Assembly (NCBI GenBank): GCA_963787835.1
Contig: CAWBEI010000002.1
Coordinates: 1,056,001-1,120,000 of the forward strand
From: Ignavibacteriota bacterium
GTDB taxonomy: Bacteria; Bacteroidota; Ignavibacteria; Palsa-1295
Direction: 5' to 3'
DNA length: 64,000 nt
The position numbers and the translations under genes were made by a program. Shown piece by piece: positions 9,707 to 20,345 of this stretch. How positions within the stretch are numbered: the stretch's first letter is position 1; each line of letters opens with the position of its first letter. The notes under the pieces are model-generated. The model made no database searches and was not told the origin of the DNA. It saw only the letters and a program-made list of their open reading frames with translations.

Positions 9707-10615
9707 ATGACCTATATCGGTATCGATGGCGGCGGTTCGACGACTCGGATGTTCGTCCAAAGTGACGACCATGAGCCGAGGTATATCGAATTTCCTGTTT
9801 CGCTGAAAGTGAAAAACGGAGATCATGCTTCATCGGCGAAAACGCTGCTGGAAATGATCGATGGTATGGGGGACAGTAGCGATCTAAGTATCGCGATCGG
9901 TCTTGCCGGCATGAGCCGCGAGGAAAATCAGGAAGCGCTGAAGAAAGCAATTACTGCTTTACCGGAATTTTCGGATGCTGCGGTTCATATAGAAGGCGAT
10001 GCTACGCTCGCGCTAAAAGCAGCACTTTCAGGTTCTGAGGAGGGGGTGCTTCTCATCGCCGGGACGGGGTCGGTGGCTTATGCGCAATCTGGCACCGGCA
10101 GCATGAACCGTGTTGGCGGCTGGGGCCCGGAAACCTCGGACGAAGGCAGCGGCTACTGGATCGGTCTGCGAGTGCTTCGGCATTATTTGCGAACGTTCAT
10201 TTCCGGAAACAAGAAGGATGAGTTTTTCAAGGCTGTGACCGAAGCGCTTCCGGAGCATGTTTCATCCCCCCGCGAAATAGCGAACCTGCTGGAACGCGAG
10301 CCGTTATTTCCGGCGAGCCTTGCATTAGTGGCGTTCGATAGTGCAGATCGGTCGGAAGGAGCAATGGCTATCATCCGGGAAGCAGCAGACCGATTAAGCG
10401 AAATGATCGTGGAGGTATCGGAAAAACTTTCCTATCCACGGCAAGTTTATCTCTCGGGCTCGGTCGCGAAACACGCGATCATGGTGGGAGAATTAACGAA
10501 ACGGCTGGATGCGGGGCGCTTTCATTTTATTCCGCTCGATGGGCTGGCTCCAGCCAGGAAAGCATTGGAAATGGCACGCTCGTTGCGGCAGAACCGGGAG
10601 ACGGAACGGGTATGA
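9707..10615 (+). CDS. BadF/BadG/BcrA/BcrD-type sugar kinase (GlcNAc/MurNAc kinase-like)
   Basis: 'IGIDGGGSTT', 'GLAG', 'IAGTGS', 'GGWG...DEGSGYWIG'. Confidence 0.88.
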   Translation: MTYIGIDGGGSTTRMFVQSDDHEPRYIEFPVSLKVKNGDHASSAKTLLEMIDGMGDSSDLSIAIGLAGMSREENQEALKKAITALPEFSDAAVHIEGDATLALKAALSGSEEGVLLIAGTGSVAYAQSGTGSMNRVGGWGPETSDEGSGYWIGLRVLRHYLRTFISGNKKDEFFKAVTEALPEHVSSPREIANLLEREPLFPASLALVAFDSADRSEGAMAIIREAADRLSEMIVEVSEKLSYPRQVYLSGSVAKHAIMVGELTKRLDAGRFHFIPLDGLAPARKALEMARSLRQNRETERV

Positions 10616-10750
10616 AGTTCCTCTCGTTTATCGGCGCGCTTAGAGCCGAAGAAGGCACAGGGTACCTCCACAAAGCAGTAAACCGGACATACGCGCTGGC
10701 TGAAAGCAAACCACACCCTATCCGATCAACTGTAGTTTTTTCTACGAATC

Positions 10751-11977
10751 ATGGCCGAATCGAAGATTTCTTCTACTCCAACCCTCTCCAAATCACAGAA
10801 TGGCCAGGCCAATGGTGCAGCCAGCAGCTCGATCCATTACTCCCCAAGTGAAGTGGGTGCCACCTCCGACCTTTTCCAACATATTGCTGAGCGAGATCAC
10901 GAGCAAGTGGTGCTATGCCACGATAAACGCTCGGGATTACGAGCCATCATTGCGATCCATAACACCACGCTTGGCCCGGCGCTTGGTGGTTGCCGCATGT
11001 GGACCTACGCCAGCGATTTCGATGCATTAACTGATGTACTTCGCCTTTCTCGCGGCATGACCTATAAGGCTGCCGTAGCAGGACTAAATTTAGGAGGCGG
11101 AAAGGCCGTCATTATTGGCAATCCTCGTCAGGATAAGAGTGAAGCTCTATTCCGAGCTTTCGGAAGATTTGTCGAAGGTCTTGGCGGGCGGTACATCACG
11201 GCGGAGGATGTTGGTACCGGATTGAACGAGATGGTTTGGATCCGCTCCGAGACGAAATATGTCACCGGTATTCCAGTGGAGCTTGGCGGTTCGGGCGATC
11301 CCTCGCCGGTTACGGCTTATGGTACGTATGTTGGTATCAAGGCCTGCGCAGCCGTAAAGTTTGGCAGCGATTCGCTCGCCGGAAAACATGTTGTTATTCA
11401 AGGCGCCGGAAACGTAGCGGCTTCCCTTGCAAAGTACCTCACCGATGATGGCGCAAAGGTTACTATCGCCGACATTTTTGCTGATAAGGCAAATGAAGTT
11501 GCAAAAGCGACGGGCGCGACCGTAGTTGATCCGGAAACGATCTACGGAATACCCTGCGATATATTTGCACCTTCGGCACTTGGCGCGATCCTGAACGATG
11601 CTACGATCCCACAGCTCAAGTGCGCCATCGTAGCTGGAGCTTCGAACAATCAGCTTGCCGATGAAGAGCGTCATTCTCTTGCTCTGAAGGAACGCGGTAT
11701 CCTGTTCGCACCGGACTATGTGATCAATGCCGGTGGCCTCATCAATGTAGCCAACGAACTCGATGGATATTCGCAGACTCGTGCAATGAAGCAAGCCGAA
11801 GGCATTTATGATTCGCTGAAGAAGATCCTCGTGTTAGCGCAGGAGAAGAATATTACGACGGTCGAAGCATCGAACCATGTAGCGGAAGAACGCATCGCGG
11901 CGATCGGCGCGACGAAGCGCATTTATGCTTCTTCTTCAAATTTCAGCGGCCGCTTCGGGGAGTATTGGAAGCGGTAG
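10751..11977 (+). CDS. Glu/Leu/Phe/Val dehydrogenase (leucine dehydrogenase-like)
   Basis: 'LGPALGGCRM', 'LSRGMTYK', 'GGGKAVI', 'ITAEDVG', 'QGAGNV', 'APDYVINAGG'. Confidence 0.93.
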   Translation: MAESKISSTPTLSKSQNGQANGAASSSIHYSPSEVGATSDLFQHIAERDHEQVVLCHDKRSGLRAIIAIHNTTLGPALGGCRMWTYASDFDALTDVLRLSRGMTYKAAVAGLNLGGGKAVIIGNPRQDKSEALFRAFGRFVEGLGGRYITAEDVGTGLNEMVWIRSETKYVTGIPVELGGSGDPSPVTAYGTYVGIKACAAVKFGSDSLAGKHVVIQGAGNVAASLAKYLTDDGAKVTIADIFADKANEVAKATGATVVDPETIYGIPCDIFAPSALGAILNDATIPQLKCAIVAGASNNQLADEERHSLALKERGILFAPDYVINAGGLINVANELDGYSQTRAMKQAEGIYDSLKKILVLAQEKNITTVEASNHVAEERIAAIGATKRIYASSSNFSGRFGEYWKR

Positions 11978-11996
11978 TTCCCGGCAGCAAAAGCAA

Positions 11997-12018
11997 AGAG
12001 CGGGTCAAAACCCGCTCT
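11997..12018. terminator. Hairpin between convergent genes, probable bidirectional terminator
   Basis: agagcgggt-caaa-acccgctct perfect 9-bp stem, with an outer caaaagcaa/ttgcttttg pair. Confidence 0.65.
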
Positions 12019-12045
12019 ATACCATTATTGCTTTTGAGGTTGCGT

Positions 12046-12420
12046 TTAGTCGCCGTGATGTTCGCTTTCGTGCTTTGCGATCTGTTCTTTTAATTTGGTC
12101 TGCTGCTCTGGCGTCAGGATGGGCAGAATTTGCGATTCAATTTGCTGCCTATCTGCTCGCATTTTTTGCTCGGCGGACTGTTGAGCTTCGGAGCCTCTTG
12201 CAGCGGATTTTACTGCTTCGTGATCGGCTTTCATGATTGGCGCATTTTGCTCGTAGATCGTTTTGATCTTTGCAACTTGTGCATCATTAAGACCGAGTTC
12301 GGATTTCATGTGTTCGATCCGCTTTTCGATCTTCTGATCGGGTGTGTCATTGGCCATCGAAGCGAGCGGTGCCATTGCAAGAACGGCCGCTGCTACGAGT
12401 ATGATCGTTAGTTTTTTCAT
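12046..12420 (-). CDS. Secreted Spy/CpxP-like (LTxxQ) helical protein
   Basis: Signal peptide; 'LGLNDAQVAKI' and 'ILTPEQQTK' motifs. Confidence 0.7.
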   Translation of the reverse strand: MKKLTIILVAAAVLAMAPLASMANDTPDQKIEKRIEHMKSELGLNDAQVAKIKTIYEQNAPIMKADHEAVKSAARGSEAQQSAEQKMRADRQQIESQILPILTPEQQTKLKEQIAKHESEHHGD

Positions 12421-12592
12421 ATTGTTCCTTTATGTTTGTTATTGATAGTTAGTGCTATACTCCTACTGTAATTCAAATAAGATTGTTACCATGAAAGGAA
12501 TTTATTATTGTTCATGCTAAAAACTCAGATTTCACAACGCATCAACCGGAGCGAAGCAAAAGCTTCCCTGCGGTTAATGGAACCAAATAAGT

Positions 12593-15337
12593 TTAGGCAG
12601 TCGGAGGAAGGATCTCTACTTCAGGCCGTTTTTTCCGTTTAGAGTAAGAAAAGCCCATAATGCCAATCCCAAATGCAATAAGTGCCAGCGCATTGGTCGT
12701 TAGGGAGATGGTGCGTCCCATGGCATAATGGGGATCATAGTAGGAAAGCTTGATCTCATGAGTTCCTGCGGGGGTAACAAAAGCCCGGAAGGCATAATCC
12801 GCGCGATAGATCGGTGTTGGTTTGCCATCGACGGTTGCTGTCCAATCGGGATACCAGGCGTCGGACATAAAGATGAGGCGGTTTCCATTCGTTTTGGAGT
12901 GGAGCGTAACGTCCTCATCCTTGTATTCCATCGTTAATGTTTCTGTCGCAGAATCTAAAGGTGCCGTTGATAGTGCAGGCATTCCTTTTGGAGCCTCATC
13001 GAAATAGACGACATCCAACGGATTGAACGAGCCATCATGCATTGCATGAAGAATATCAAGTTTGGGTTTTACCTCATATCGATATGCGAAGAAAGAGCGA
13101 GAGAGAACCTGTGGATTTTCCCAAACAATGTCGGGCACACCTGGTTTTCCATCGGTGGATGCGGGAACGGGCTCCTTCGATTGGAACCGCGGAATGAATC
13201 GTGTTCGGTCTTCCGAAAGACCGCCGTTCGCAATAATATACTTTGTATTCAACAGATTGAACATGAATGGATTGAAGATCCCATTGCCCTGCATGTTGCC
13301 GGTTTCATCAACCACATCCTGGAACTCGCGCATTTTTGCGGCATGGTAACCGCCGGCAGTTTGGATGCCATAGCTCACAAGATTATTCGAAGGCTGTTGT
13401 TCGGTCAGGTCCGTTACGCGGTACAGCGATTTATCTTGCTGAATAAATTGCAGGTAATCGTGCGGCTGGAAATTGCTGGCATAATCATCCTTTGTTTCGA
13501 TCTGCATGGGGCGCGTATCGACACGCCACTGATCGATTACCGTAAGCGCCAATATGCCCACAGCCATAATAAGCGGCGAAAGTTTGCGCTTCAGGAAAAA
13601 ATAAACGAGCAAACTTGCTGCCGTCACAAGCAACGCACCGATGAGTGCATCGTTCGCGGCGGTAGAAGAAATAAAGTCCTTGAGGACATCATATTGCTGA
13701 GGAAGTTTTCCGTGCTGAATAGCAGTTTGGATCCCGCTTGTAACAGAGGAAGTTATCACTCCGCGGAATATAACGGATATTACAAGAAATGCGCCCGAAA
13801 CATAGAGTGCATATTTAAAATACTTTTGGAGTCGAGAATCCTCGGCGTTATCCCTTAATTTCCAGGTTCGCAAAATTTCTTCGAGTGTCAGTGCAGCAAG
13901 AATTGGAAACGCAAGCTGCATCAGGACGAGCGCCATCATCGGAGCTCGAAATTTATTGAAGAGCGGGAAATAATTGAACATGGGCCGGAACAAGATGGGC
14001 CAGTTACCACCAAAGGACAGCAGAATTGCAAAGATGGTAATGATGGTAAGTGGCGGCACAAGCCGGTCTCGCTTCCAAAGGGTGAAGATGGCTACAATGG
14101 CGAGCATGAATACAACGATGCCGGTGTAGTTTGCGGCATCCGTACCATTCATTTGTCCCCAATAGGTTGAAAGGCGATAGCCTTCCGGAACATTCAGATC
14201 GCTGCCGGTATAGGGCATTTTACCAAATCCGTAATAGCCGGGAATGATGAACGTAATAATTTCCTGAGGCGAGAAGGACCAGGATGTTGCGTAATTCCAA
14301 TCGAGTCCACCGGATTCCGTCGTTGCTTCATTCACGGATCGTTTATTTTGTGATGCTTCATTTTGAACGTCCTGGATCGGCGCTTTGCCTCGAATGGAAT
14401 AGGGCTCGTATGCAAGCGAGGAAAGATACCGGTCTGCGGACATTGAGAATGCGAGGCCGGCCATCAGGAGTGTAAGCACTCCCGAGCGAACAAGCGGCAT
14501 AAGCTGATGCGAGCGTGGATGCTCGGACTTCCTCATAAATTCCACGACGAGCGAGGTGAGGAAATAGATGAGGATGGCGCATGCAATGTAGAAGATCATT
14601 TGCATGTGGATCGATTCAAGCAGGATATGGATCGAGGTAGCAAGCACGGCGCACCAAAAGATGATGGACTTCCATTCCATTCGCTGGGCGCGCAGCCGCT
14701 CGATGCCCATAAGGATATAAGGGAAGGTCATCACGGCATAGATCTTTGTATTATGCCCGATCATGATGTAGGTTATGATCCACGTAGAAAAGATCGCAGT
14801 GAACGCCGCAAAGAGCGCGACCATCCGGGAAGTATTTCGCGTCACGCGCAAGAGAAGATACATTCCCAACCCAAAAATAAAGTAATGCCAGATGTGAACC
14901 ATAGCGTCACCGTTTGGCGAGATATTCGCGATCGTGTCCTGAACGACGGTGAAGATCTGATGTAGCAGATCGTACGTGCGAGAGCCCGTTACCACGAGCG
15001 CGGAGAAGGCCGGCATTCCTGTAAAGATATTTGGGATCCATTGCGGCATCGAGTAACCCTCCGCTTGCGCCGAGGCGATGAACGGGCGAAGCGCGTCGAA
15101 TGCTACATTATCTCCCGCACTAAAGACATGCGTGGAATCGAGGACAGGCCAGAAAAAGACGATAAGTGAAAGAAAGATAAAAAGGACGGCAACGGCATCG
15201 CGCCATTTTTCGGGAATAAAATGGGCCAGCGAACGCGAGGCAACATCCTGTTCGCGTTGCATTGCGCCGATATGCGTTTGTTTGTTCTTTGATTGTGACG
15301 GCTTTGCCGTAGTAGAAACCTTTGTTTGTGTAGCCAT
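12593..15337 (-). CDS. YfhO-family polytopic membrane protein (GT-C-like)
   Basis: 'WIPNIFTGMP', 'GHNTK', 'WSFSPQE', 'FNKFRAP', 'GGYHAAK', 'SDAWYPDW...ADYAFRA'; many TM segments. Confidence 0.85.
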   Translation of the reverse strand: MATQTKVSTTAKPSQSKNKQTHIGAMQREQDVASRSLAHFIPEKWRDAVAVLFIFLSLIVFFWPVLDSTHVFSAGDNVAFDALRPFIASAQAEGYSMPQWIPNIFTGMPAFSALVVTGSRTYDLLHQIFTVVQDTIANISPNGDAMVHIWHYFIFGLGMYLLLRVTRNTSRMVALFAAFTAIFSTWIITYIMIGHNTKIYAVMTFPYILMGIERLRAQRMEWKSIIFWCAVLATSIHILLESIHMQMIFYIACAILIYFLTSLVVEFMRKSEHPRSHQLMPLVRSGVLTLLMAGLAFSMSADRYLSSLAYEPYSIRGKAPIQDVQNEASQNKRSVNEATTESGGLDWNYATSWSFSPQEIITFIIPGYYGFGKMPYTGSDLNVPEGYRLSTYWGQMNGTDAANYTGIVVFMLAIVAIFTLWKRDRLVPPLTIITIFAILLSFGGNWPILFRPMFNYFPLFNKFRAPMMALVLMQLAFPILAALTLEEILRTWKLRDNAEDSRLQKYFKYALYVSGAFLVISVIFRGVITSSVTSGIQTAIQHGKLPQQYDVLKDFISSTAANDALIGALLVTAASLLVYFFLKRKLSPLIMAVGILALTVIDQWRVDTRPMQIETKDDYASNFQPHDYLQFIQQDKSLYRVTDLTEQQPSNNLVSYGIQTAGGYHAAKMREFQDVVDETGNMQGNGIFNPFMFNLLNTKYIIANGGLSEDRTRFIPRFQSKEPVPASTDGKPGVPDIVWENPQVLSRSFFAYRYEVKPKLDILHAMHDGSFNPLDVVYFDEAPKGMPALSTAPLDSATETLTMEYKDEDVTLHSKTNGNRLIFMSDAWYPDWTATVDGKPTPIYRADYAFRAFVTPAGTHEIKLSYYDPHYAMGRTISLTTNALALIAFGIGIMGFSYSKRKKRPEVEILPPTA

Positions 15338-15482
15338 AGAAAAATAGGCGGAAAATATCGAATGTTTGTTAACGGATGCCGTGCCACGGGCGTTCTCACA
15401 CAGGCAGGTGTAATGCGGCTTTTTCCTAAAACTTACTTGTTCTAATAATCATCAACCACCGTTTCAGTTACAAACTGTTATC

Positions 15483-15512
15483 TTGACTTCTGAGAGAACA
15501 TGCCGATATTAG
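15483..15512 (+). promoter_or_regulatory. Putative sigma70-type promoter for the lipoprotein-mlaEF-thyX-nth gene run
   Basis: TTGACT-N16-GATATT(AG); the ATATTAG motif recurs upstream of other genes (9360, 22116, and 36807 on the minus strand). Confidence 0.35.
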
Positions 15513-15528
15513 CCGTAATTTTGATACA

Positions 15529-15960
15529 ATGAGATTCTACTTACCCCTGATTTTTCTGATGTTCCTTGTTGGCTGTGCATCCGAAACGTTTACCGTTACA
15601 TTATTTCGGACCAAGGGTGTTTCCGGAATTTCAGAGCGGTATTCCATTGATCAGGATAACCACGGGATCAGGTCGATCGCGCTTGGCGATGACTCGGATG
15701 CCAAACGCTCGAGCTATACGATTGATGGGCAGCTTACATCAAGGGTACATACGCTCGCGGTCGATAGCCTCGTTTCACTCTCTGCAATCAAAATGCGCGA
15801 CACCAGCGAACTGACGACGGGACTTCTGATAGACGCTCGCAACGCTCACGTAGAAATTTCATGGGCAAACATCGATCCGCCCGATAGTGCATCCCCCTTG
15901 CTCGATAGTCTGTATCGAACCATGCTTCTCGTTGAAGCTAAAATGATCCCACCACGATGA
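15529..15960 (+). CDS. Hypothetical lipoprotein
   Basis: Lipobox 'LVGC' after a hydrophobic N-terminus; ATGA overlap with the next gene. Confidence 0.7.
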   Translation: MRFYLPLIFLMFLVGCASETFTVTLFRTKGVSGISERYSIDQDNHGIRSIALGDDSDAKRSSYTIDGQLTSRVHTLAVDSLVSLSAIKMRDTSELTTGLLIDARNAHVEISWANIDPPDSASPLLDSLYRTMLLVEAKMIPPR

Positions 15961-16736
15961 CGATCTTTCTAAAGGTACTCATTCGGTTTGGTCGGATCGC
16001 ACGCCGCTTTCTGTCGGAGGTGGGCGCGTTTTCATCGCTGGCTGGTCAGTCCCTAAGGTATGTCAGTTCGATCCCGAAAGACCGGCGTCTGATCTTAGAC
16101 CAAATGGAGCATATCGGTACTAATTCATTGCCATTGGTAGCAATCATAGGATTTTTTACGGGCATGGTAAGTGCCTGGCAGGCAGCGTACCAATTCAAGG
16201 GACTTATTTCCAATACGTTTCTTGGAGCAGCTGTGAGCCGTGCGATCTTTCTTGAACTCGGTCCCGTACTAACAGCTATAGTTATTGCGGGCCGCGTGGG
16301 GGCGTCGATCGCGGCGGAACTTGGCACCATGAAAGTAACAGAACAGATCGATGCACTCGAAAGCCTTGCAATAAGCCCGGTTCGTTATCTGGCGCTGCCT
16401 CGGTTGCTTGCTGCCACGATCATGATGCCGATACTTGTTGTGTTTGCGAATGCCATTGCGCTTGCCGGCGCATTTCTCGTTAGCAATTTTTTCCTGGGAA
16501 TTACCAGCAGAACGTTCTTCGATTCCGTACAGCAATACTTCCAGGTGAAGGATTTACTGGGCGGACTCTTCAAAGCACTCTTCTTCGGTTCGTTCACAGC
16601 GTTGATCGGGGTGAAAGTTGGCTTCAGTGCGGATGGTGGTGCCGAAGGCGTAGGGAAGGCGACGATCCGCGCGTTCGTTCTCTCGAGTACGATGGTGCTC
16701 ATCTTAGATTACACGCTTTGGACCATCCTTTTCTAA
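15957..16736 (+). CDS. mlaE: MlaE-family ABC permease
   Basis: 'ELGPVLTAIVIAGRVGASIAAELGTMKVTEQIDAL', 'GGAEGVGKAT'. Confidence 0.93.
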   Translation: MTIFLKVLIRFGRIARRFLSEVGAFSSLAGQSLRYVSSIPKDRRLILDQMEHIGTNSLPLVAIIGFFTGMVSAWQAAYQFKGLISNTFLGAAVSRAIFLELGPVLTAIVIAGRVGASIAAELGTMKVTEQIDALESLAISPVRYLALPRLLAATIMMPILVVFANAIALAGAFLVSNFFLGITSRTFFDSVQQYFQVKDLLGGLFKALFFGSFTALIGVKVGFSADGGAEGVGKATIRAFVLSSTMVLILDYTLWTILF

Positions 16737-16744
16737 CATAAAGA

Positions 16745-17488
16745 ATGATCTCCATAAAGAAACTGCATAAGTCCTTTGGCACGCTTCATGTATTGCGCGG
16801 CGTGTCATTCGAGATTGCCGATGGTGAAACCGTTGCTATCATTGGTCAAAGCGGTTGTGGGAAAAGCGTGTTACTAAAGAATATTATCGGGTTGTTGAAG
16901 CCGGATGTTGGCGAGATTGTCGTCGATAGTGTGAACCTTTCAAAGGCGCGTCAAACCAAAATAGAAGATCTTCGGAGAAATTTCGGATTTTTATTTCAAG
17001 GTTCCGCACTATTCGATTCGATGAATGTTTGGGAGAACATTACGCTCGGCCTTCGCGAGCACGGTGAGCGAGACCACGAAAAACTTTCAGCCATCGTGAA
17101 GCAGAAGCTCGCGTTGGTGGGATTGAAAAATATCGAGGGCGTAATGCCATCCGATCTATCTGGCGGAATGAAAAAGCGGGTTGCGCTCGCTCGGGCTCTT
17201 GCGGGCGAACCACGCTATATGTTCTATGATGAGCCTACCACCGGCCTCGACCCCGTCACCAGCGATCAGATCGATTCTCTTATTGAAGACCTTACCGCAA
17301 GACTCCATGTCACAAGCCTGATCGTGACGCACGATATGTTCACGGTGGAGCGTATCGCTAAACGGGTCATCTTTTTACATCAGGGCCTTGTCTATTTCGA
17401 TGGCACACCGGATGCGTTTGCGAAATCGAATGACCCTATTTGCGGTCAATTCCTCGATCGTTACCGTGCTTCGACCTTAGCAAGATAA
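16745..17488 (+). CDS. mlaF: MlaF-family ABC ATPase
   Basis: Walker A GQSGCGKS, 'FQGSALFDSM', 'LSGGMKKRVALARA', 'YDEPTTGLDP'. Confidence 0.92.
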   Translation: MISIKKLHKSFGTLHVLRGVSFEIADGETVAIIGQSGCGKSVLLKNIIGLLKPDVGEIVVDSVNLSKARQTKIEDLRRNFGFLFQGSALFDSMNVWENITLGLREHGERDHEKLSAIVKQKLALVGLKNIEGVMPSDLSGGMKKRVALARALAGEPRYMFYDEPTTGLDPVTSDQIDSLIEDLTARLHVTSLIVTHDMFTVERIAKRVIFLHQGLVYFDGTPDAFAKSNDPICGQFLDRYRASTLAR

Positions 17489-18052
17489 ATGCACGATCTC
17501 GATCTTTCGATACTCTATTTTTTCAATCGAACGATCGCGTCTGCCTCGCTCGATGATTTTTTTAAGGCCATAACCAATGTTCATTTCTGGTATCCTGTCT
17601 ATATCCTTGCCGGACTTTATTTGATCTATCGCTTTCGTGTGCGAGGGGTGTGGATGGTCGTCGCAGCGGTATTGGTGGTTGCAACCACGGATTCGTTAGG
17701 TCATTATGTCGCAAAACCGTTAGTCCACCGAGATCGGCCATGTACGATGCTTCCGAGCGGTCAGCACATCGTTCCCTGGATCCGGCTTCCTGATGGGCCG
17801 CGTGGAGACCCAAGTTTTCCATCGAATCATGCGTTGAATAATTTTGCAATTGCAACGTTCTTTTTTACCATCTGGCCGCGAAAAAAGTATATCGTTTGGC
17901 TGTTTGTTGGAGCGCTCTTGATCAGTTTGGGCCGCATCTATGAAGGGCTCCACTATCCAAGCGATGTCGTTGGCGGCGCGCTGATCGGGATGTTCGTGGG
18001 TTCTTTAGTCGGAGCGATATGGAATTACAACGAAAAGAGGATCATACATTAA
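17489..18052 (+). CDS. PAP2-family membrane phosphatase
   Basis: 'K..V.R.RP', 'SFPSNH', 'RIYEGLHYPSD'. Confidence 0.92.
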   Translation: MHDLDLSILYFFNRTIASASLDDFFKAITNVHFWYPVYILAGLYLIYRFRVRGVWMVVAAVLVVATTDSLGHYVAKPLVHRDRPCTMLPSGQHIVPWIRLPDGPRGDPSFPSNHALNNFAIATFFFTIWPRKKYIVWLFVGALLISLGRIYEGLHYPSDVVGGALIGMFVGSLVGAIWNYNEKRIIH

Positions 18053-18099
18053 CAATTTGAATCTCCCAGTTGTTGGATTTACATCCTGACTTATTAAAG

Positions 18100-18957
18100 A
18101 TGCCACTCAACCCAACCTTCGAAAACGAAAAGCATGTCCTCGATAATGGCTATGTCCGTCTGCTGGATGTCATGGGCGATGATTCATCACCTGATTCTGA
18201 TGCGCGCATCTCCACTGGCGTAGCTGCCCGCAGCGATGCGCAGCAGACGACGCTTGTCAGGTTTCTGTTGCGCCATAAACATACCACGCCATTCGAGGGC
18301 AGTGTGATGAAGTTCGAGGTTCGTGCGCCCATCATGGTGATACGCGAGTGGTTTCGTCACCGAACATTTAGTTATAACGAGGAATCCGGACGGTATAAAC
18401 AGCTCGATCCGCTTTACTACACCCCTGATGCCGAGCGCGTATCTTATCAAGCAAAAAGCAATCATCAAGGCTCTGGAGAGCCCCATCCCGACGCAGTGGA
18501 ATTTGTAACGCAATGGCGTGAGGAGCAGCAGGAATTCGAGGAAGAATATAACGCGCTCATTCAAACACACAACGTAGCGCGTGAACTTGCGCGGTTGAAT
18601 ATGCCGGTTTCGCACTATTCCACGTTTGTCGTGACCGGCAATTTATTGAACTGGTTTAGATTCTTACAGCTTCGGATGGAAGCGACCGCTCAATATGAGA
18701 TCCGCGTGTATGCGAATGCTATTTTCGATCTTGCGAAGCAATATTTCCCGACGTCATTCGAAGCATTTCAGGACTACTGGCTCGAGGCCGTGACGCTTTC
18801 CGGCAAAGAGGCGAAGTTGCTTTCTACAATGATTCCTGGCTCCATTTCAGAGGAGTGTTTTACGAATGCAATGCCTGCGCCATCACCCGATTTCACGAAA
18901 CGCGAAGCAGAGGAATTCCGGCAAAAACTTCTTCGTATGGGTTTACTGGGGCAATGA
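18100..18957 (+). CDS. thyX: FAD-dependent thymidylate synthase
   Basis: 'HTTPFE', RHRx7S motif 'RHRTFSYNEES', 'ARELAR', 'AQYEIR'. Confidence 0.95.
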   Translation: MPLNPTFENEKHVLDNGYVRLLDVMGDDSSPDSDARISTGVAARSDAQQTTLVRFLLRHKHTTPFEGSVMKFEVRAPIMVIREWFRHRTFSYNEESGRYKQLDPLYYTPDAERVSYQAKSNHQGSGEPHPDAVEFVTQWREEQQEFEEEYNALIQTHNVARELARLNMPVSHYSTFVVTGNLLNWFRFLQLRMEATAQYEIRVYANAIFDLAKQYFPTSFEAFQDYWLEAVTLSGKEAKLLSTMIPGSISEECFTNAMPAPSPDFTKREAEEFRQKLLRMGLLGQ

Positions 18958-19616
18958 TGCCATTTTTCTCCGTTATTCTTCCAACGTTTAATCGCGCGCA
19001 TCTTATTAGCGGAGCAATCGAAAGTGTTCTCGCACAAAGCTTTCGGGATTGGGAACTGCTCATTATTGACGATGGCTCCCGTGATTCTACTTTTGAGTTA
19101 ATTCGGCATTTTGCTCTGAAAGACCAGAGAATTCGCTATAACTTTGCTCACAATCGCGGGTTAGCAATGGCGAGGAACACCGGTATTCAGATGAGTCGAG
19201 GCAAATATATCACCTTTCTTGATTCCGATGATGAATATCTGCCTGACCACCTTCAATTACGAGCGGAATACTTGAAATCATATCCCGAAGTGGATTTGCT
19301 GCATGGCGGCGTTAAAGTGATAGGATCTAACATGGTTGCAGATAAGCATGACCCATCGAAGTTGATCCCGATATCGGAATGTGTTGTCGGTGGGACGTTC
19401 GTTATTCGCCGCGATCTCGTGGAAAGGTTACAGGGCTTTCGCGATGTTCCGTATGGAGATGATGCTGATTTTTTTGCGCGCGCAGAAGCAGCCGGAGCGA
19501 CCATTCATAAGAAAGATGTTCCAACCTATCGTTACAATCGCCTTGAAGCCGACTCCCTTACGGCGATCGCAGAACGAGAAGGAATAGAAGGCATTATAAA
19601 ATTCCGAGGACAATAA
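18954..19616 (+). CDS. Glycosyltransferase family 2
   Basis: 'SVILPTFNR', 'IDDGSRD', 'FLDSDD'; ATGA overlap with thyX. Confidence 0.92.
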   Translation: MMPFFSVILPTFNRAHLISGAIESVLAQSFRDWELLIIDDGSRDSTFELIRHFALKDQRIRYNFAHNRGLAMARNTGIQMSRGKYITFLDSDDEYLPDHLQLRAEYLKSYPEVDLLHGGVKVIGSNMVADKHDPSKLIPISECVVGGTFVIRRDLVERLQGFRDVPYGDDADFFARAEAAGATIHKKDVPTYRYNRLEADSLTAIAEREGIEGIIKFRGQ

Positions 19617-20345
19617 ATGGCTAAAAAAGAGATCGAAAAAGAAAGCACGATACGCGATGGTGCTGTCGAGCCGCGCGAGCTGCCCAAAGGAGAATCGCTC
19701 GAAGCCCGAAAAGAACGCTTCCAAAAAATATTTTCGAAGTTACATAAAGCATATCCTGACGCGAAATGTGCGCTCGAATTCAACAATGCCTACGAGCTGC
19801 TTGCGGCGACGATCCTTTCAGCACAATGCACCGATAAGCGCGTGAATATGGTCATGCCTGAATTTCGCAAGGCGTTTCCAAATACAAAAACGCTCGCAAA
19901 TGCTGAACTTGCCGACATTGAGGACGTGATTAAAACAACGGGATTTTATCATCAAAAGGCAAAATCGCTGAAATCGATGGCGAGCGATATTGTCGAGAAG
20001 TTCGATGGCAAGGTTCCCGAAACCATGGAAGAACTCACGACGCTACGTGGCGTTGGACGCAAGACCGCTAATGTTGTGCTTGGCGATGCTTTTGGCAAAT
20101 CCGAAGGAATAGCAGTCGATACCCATGTTACGAGGCTTTCGGGAAGATTAGGACTGACCAAACAGTCCGATCCTCAAAAAATCGAGCAAGATCTGATGCA
20201 ACTTGCGAAGCCCTCGCAATGGACACTCACGGCCCATGTCATCATTCTTCATGGCCGTGCCATTTGCGATGCACGCAAACCGAAATGTTCTGAGTGTGTA
20301 GTCGCAGTATATTGTCCTTCGGCGGGAATGAAAGGGAGCGTGTAA
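19617..20345 (+). CDS. nth: Endonuclease III
   Basis: 'ILSAQCTD', HhH 'LRGVGRKTANVV', 'VDTHV', 4Fe-4S 'C.ARKPKC..C.....C'. Confidence 0.96.
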   Translation: MAKKEIEKESTIRDGAVEPRELPKGESLEARKERFQKIFSKLHKAYPDAKCALEFNNAYELLAATILSAQCTDKRVNMVMPEFRKAFPNTKTLANAELADIEDVIKTTGFYHQKAKSLKSMASDIVEKFDGKVPETMEELTTLRGVGRKTANVVLGDAFGKSEGIAVDTHVTRLSGRLGLTKQSDPQKIEQDLMQLAKPSQWTLTAHVIILHGRAICDARKPKCSECVVAVYCPSAGMKGSV

